From assembly GCA_964016885.1 (NCBI GenBank), contig OZ024756.1, positions 32,674,001 to 32,738,000 on the forward strand: a DNA stretch of 64,000 nt, written 5' to 3'. The position numbers were made by a program, and so were the translations under genes. This stretch comes from Eledone cirrhosa (lineage: Eukaryota). How positions within the stretch are numbered: position 1 is the stretch's first letter; every line of letters begins with the position of its first letter. Positions 59,452 through 64,000 of this stretch are shown in pieces. The notes beneath the pieces were generated by a model. That model had not been told where the DNA came from. It did not search any database and saw nothing but the letters and a program-made list of their open reading frames with translations.

Positions 59452-60039
59452 CCTCCTTATTGAGGACGCCTTTTTGTGTAAACTCCCCCCTTTGTACTTG
59501 TCCCACTTTTGATGCCCTAGTGGCAAATAAAAGAAATATATCTATCTATCTATCTGCCTGTCTCTTTCTGTCTGTCTCTGTCTGCCTGTCTATCTATCTG
59601 CAGGTTTATGTATGCATACACATACATAGGTATGTATGTAAAAGGTAAACAGAAATAACAACACAATCGGTACAGTATATGGAAGGAATATATTATGTTA
59701 ACGCTTGAAATAGCAGAAGATGGTCTTAACGTTTCATCAGAAGAAAGAATGAAAAATTGGAAACATAGAAGAGACGGGTAGGGTGGAATTGGCAAACATG
59801 TTTCAGAGAAAAAATCACTAACAAGCATATATACACATTCGAATATACGCTTATATATAGATCGTTCCTTCGGTTTCTATTATTTGGTTTCTATCATATA
59901 CCTAATATATTATAGAAGAGCCTGCTTTGGAATGACAAACATGATCAGTGTGGCGATGTCTGAGGTTAAGTTCGACTAATTACACAATTCCTCAAATAAC
60001 ATAATTTTCAGAAAGGCAGAATGGTAAGAACAATGCCAA

Positions 60040-61836
<1,797 letters not shown>

Positions 61837-61837
<1 letters not shown>

Positions 61838-62087
61838 GAACGATTATGTATCGAGAGAGAGAAGAGAATGTAAAGACGCTCGATGCATATATTTAGTTGC
61901 CAATAGTTTATGCATGTGTAATCAATACTCATACCTACAGAGTTAAATATTAGAGGCGTCAATATTTAGTGGGCGAGAAAAATAAGCAGAGTGATTATAA
62001 AAGAAATGATTAGAAAGAGTTTAAAACCGTTAAAACAATTATATAAACATGTTTTAAAGGTTTTAAACTCTTTGTATTCATTTCTTT

Positions 62088-62091
<4 letters not shown>
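61837..62091 (-). mobile_element. PLE-like 3' fragment with 42-bp inverted arm
   Basis: 61996-62037 is inverted against 62050-62091; ACTC-N9-GAGT hairpin at 61927-61943; (TA)n on both sides. Confidence 0.55.
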
Positions 62092-62118
<27 letters not shown>

Positions 62119-62122
62119 ATAT

Positions 62123-62219
<97 letters not shown>

Positions 62220-62250
62220 ATATATAATATATATATATATATATAAAATA

Positions 62251-62282
<32 letters not shown>

Positions 62283-62332
62283 AATATATATATATATAAA
62301 ATAATATATAATATATATATATATATATAATA

Positions 62333-62997
62333 TATTTGTTTAGCAATATTCTTTATCTGAAAACGTGTGTTGAAACCCATATTGTTATACTTTAGGAGGG
62401 TCATGTTGCCAATAAGAAACACACGCACCAGATGCTTTCACTTCAATGTATTATAATAAACTTATAATTTCTAATAAATTTATAAATCTATAAAAGACGC
62501 AATGTTTAGACAAATCACAGAGGCAATAAACATAAAAGAATTACAACCAAAATTAAATAGAAAACATGAGTGGAACAGCAACATCACAACTTACAATTAA
62601 GAACAAAATGAAAACACACACGCGCATAGAACAACCAACCAACCTGTAACATGTAAATAAACAAATAAATGAACGAATATAAACACACACAGACACCCGG
62701 ATGTGGCGCATGCGCAGACTGAGCACACAACACACACACTGAAACAAGATGGCGTAGGACAGAACAAAGGAGAGGCACAAAAACAAAGAAAAGAATCCCC
62801 AGTCACTGAAGAGGTCACAGAATGTGTGACAAAAGAACTTTCACAATATATAAACAACCATCTGGTTGTGGAACCAACCAACGAACCGGAAATTTATAAA
62901 TTCCTAAATTTATAAATTTATTATAATAAATTGATGTGAAAGCAACTGGTGCGTGTGTTTCTTATTGGCAACATGACCCTCCCAAAGTATAACAATA
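62333..62997 (+). mobile_element. PLE-like pLTR family 3, longest copy, with inverted tailed arm
   Basis: 62380-62470 is inverted against 62905-62997; degenerate HHR GTCA-CTGAAGA-GGTCACA..TGTGAC-AAAAGAACTT/TCAC at 62802-62844 (TGAC in the 45546 copy). Confidence 0.7.
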
Positions 62998-63043
62998 TAT
63001 AATATATTAAATAATATATAATATATATACATATATATAAAAC

Positions 63044-63103
<60 letters not shown>

Positions 63104-63138
63104 CATATATATATATATAATATAATATATATATATAC

Positions 63139-63171
<33 letters not shown>

Positions 63172-63190
63172 AAATAATATATATATATAA

Positions 63191-63276
<86 letters not shown>

Positions 63277-63423
63277 ATATATATATATATATATATATAT
63301 GAAATAATATATAATATATATATATATAATATTATATATTATATTATATATTATATTATATATTATATTATATATTATATTATATATTATATTATATATT
63401 ATATTATATATTATATTATATAT

Positions 63424-63669
63424 ATCCCGCCAAGGTTAACTTTGCCTTTCATCCTTACGGGTTCGATAAAATAAAGTACCAGTAAATTACTGGATAATTG
63501 CTGGCCTTGTGCCAAGAGTAGAAACAATTATATATAATATATAATTATTTTATATATGTATACATATTTATATATATATTATAAATATGTATATATTATG
63601 TATTATATTATATATATATATATAATATAATATATAATTGTTTCTACTTATGGCACAAGGCCAGCAATT
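63424..63669 (+). mobile_element. SINE family A 3' half plus inverted duplicate of its last ~35 bp
   Basis: 63496-63530 is inverted against 63635-63669 around an AT-only spacer. Confidence 0.8.
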
Positions 63670-63676
63670 GGCAAAA

Positions 63677-63732
<56 letters not shown>

Positions 63733-63734
<2 letters not shown>

Positions 63735-63873
63735 GTTATTCTGGGTTGAATCGGAGGTAACCACAGTAAGTAAGGTACTCAATACATTGCAGTGTATAAC
63801 AGTTTTAATATATATGAGATTCTACAGGACTAGAACTGTTTCATTCTTTAGAATCTGTAGAATCTCATCTATA
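63733..63873 (-). mobile_element. PLE-like pLTR family 1 copy with short inverted arm
   Basis: 63733-63854 is the reverse complement of ~6105-6226; then CTGTAGAATCTCATCTATA on the plus strand. Confidence 0.8.
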
Positions 63874-63884
63874 TATATATATAT

Positions 63885-63929
<45 letters not shown>

Positions 63930-63935
<6 letters not shown>

Positions 63936-64000
63936 CATACTTTGGGAGGGTCATGTTGCCAATAAGAAACACACGCACCAGTTGCTTTCACTTCAATTTA
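63930..64000 (-). mobile_element. Family 3 pLTR arm running off the window edge
   Basis: TATTGTCATACTTTGGGAGGGTCATGTTGCCAATAAGAAACACACGCACCAG. Confidence 0.8.

Noticed and set aside
59724-59744. Minus-strand TCTT-CTGAT-GAAACGTT-AAGA, HHR with stem II deleted
   Set aside because: Too short to distinguish from chance

Overview
Very AT-rich, microsatellite-saturated eukaryotic non-coding DNA (intergenic or a large intron). The repeat content resembles what I know of octopus/coleoid cephalopod genomes; this is an inference, not verified. I found no protein-coding exon that I can support: nearly all ORF-track entries are (TA)n/(CA)n/(CAT)n/(GTT)n read-throughs. The window is a mosaic of: two tRNA-derived SINE families (about 20 copies, including a 4-unit tandem array); RTE-like LINE 3' remnants; a CRE-like endonuclease fragment; mariner-, pogo- and piggyBac-like MITEs; and minisatellites. 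The most notable structure is a set of short elements embedded in (TA)n tracts. They come from several unrelated sequence families, carry type I hammerhead-ribozyme (HHR) folds (CUGANGA...GAAA...UH) and look like Penelope-like element (PLE) pseudo-LTR remnants. Many form inverted repeats with one 'tailed' and one 'tail-less' arm. In four or five cases the inversion point sits at the ribozyme stem II/GAAA box. The tails of different families share an ACTC...(TATT)GAGT hairpin. All folds and alignments were done by eye.
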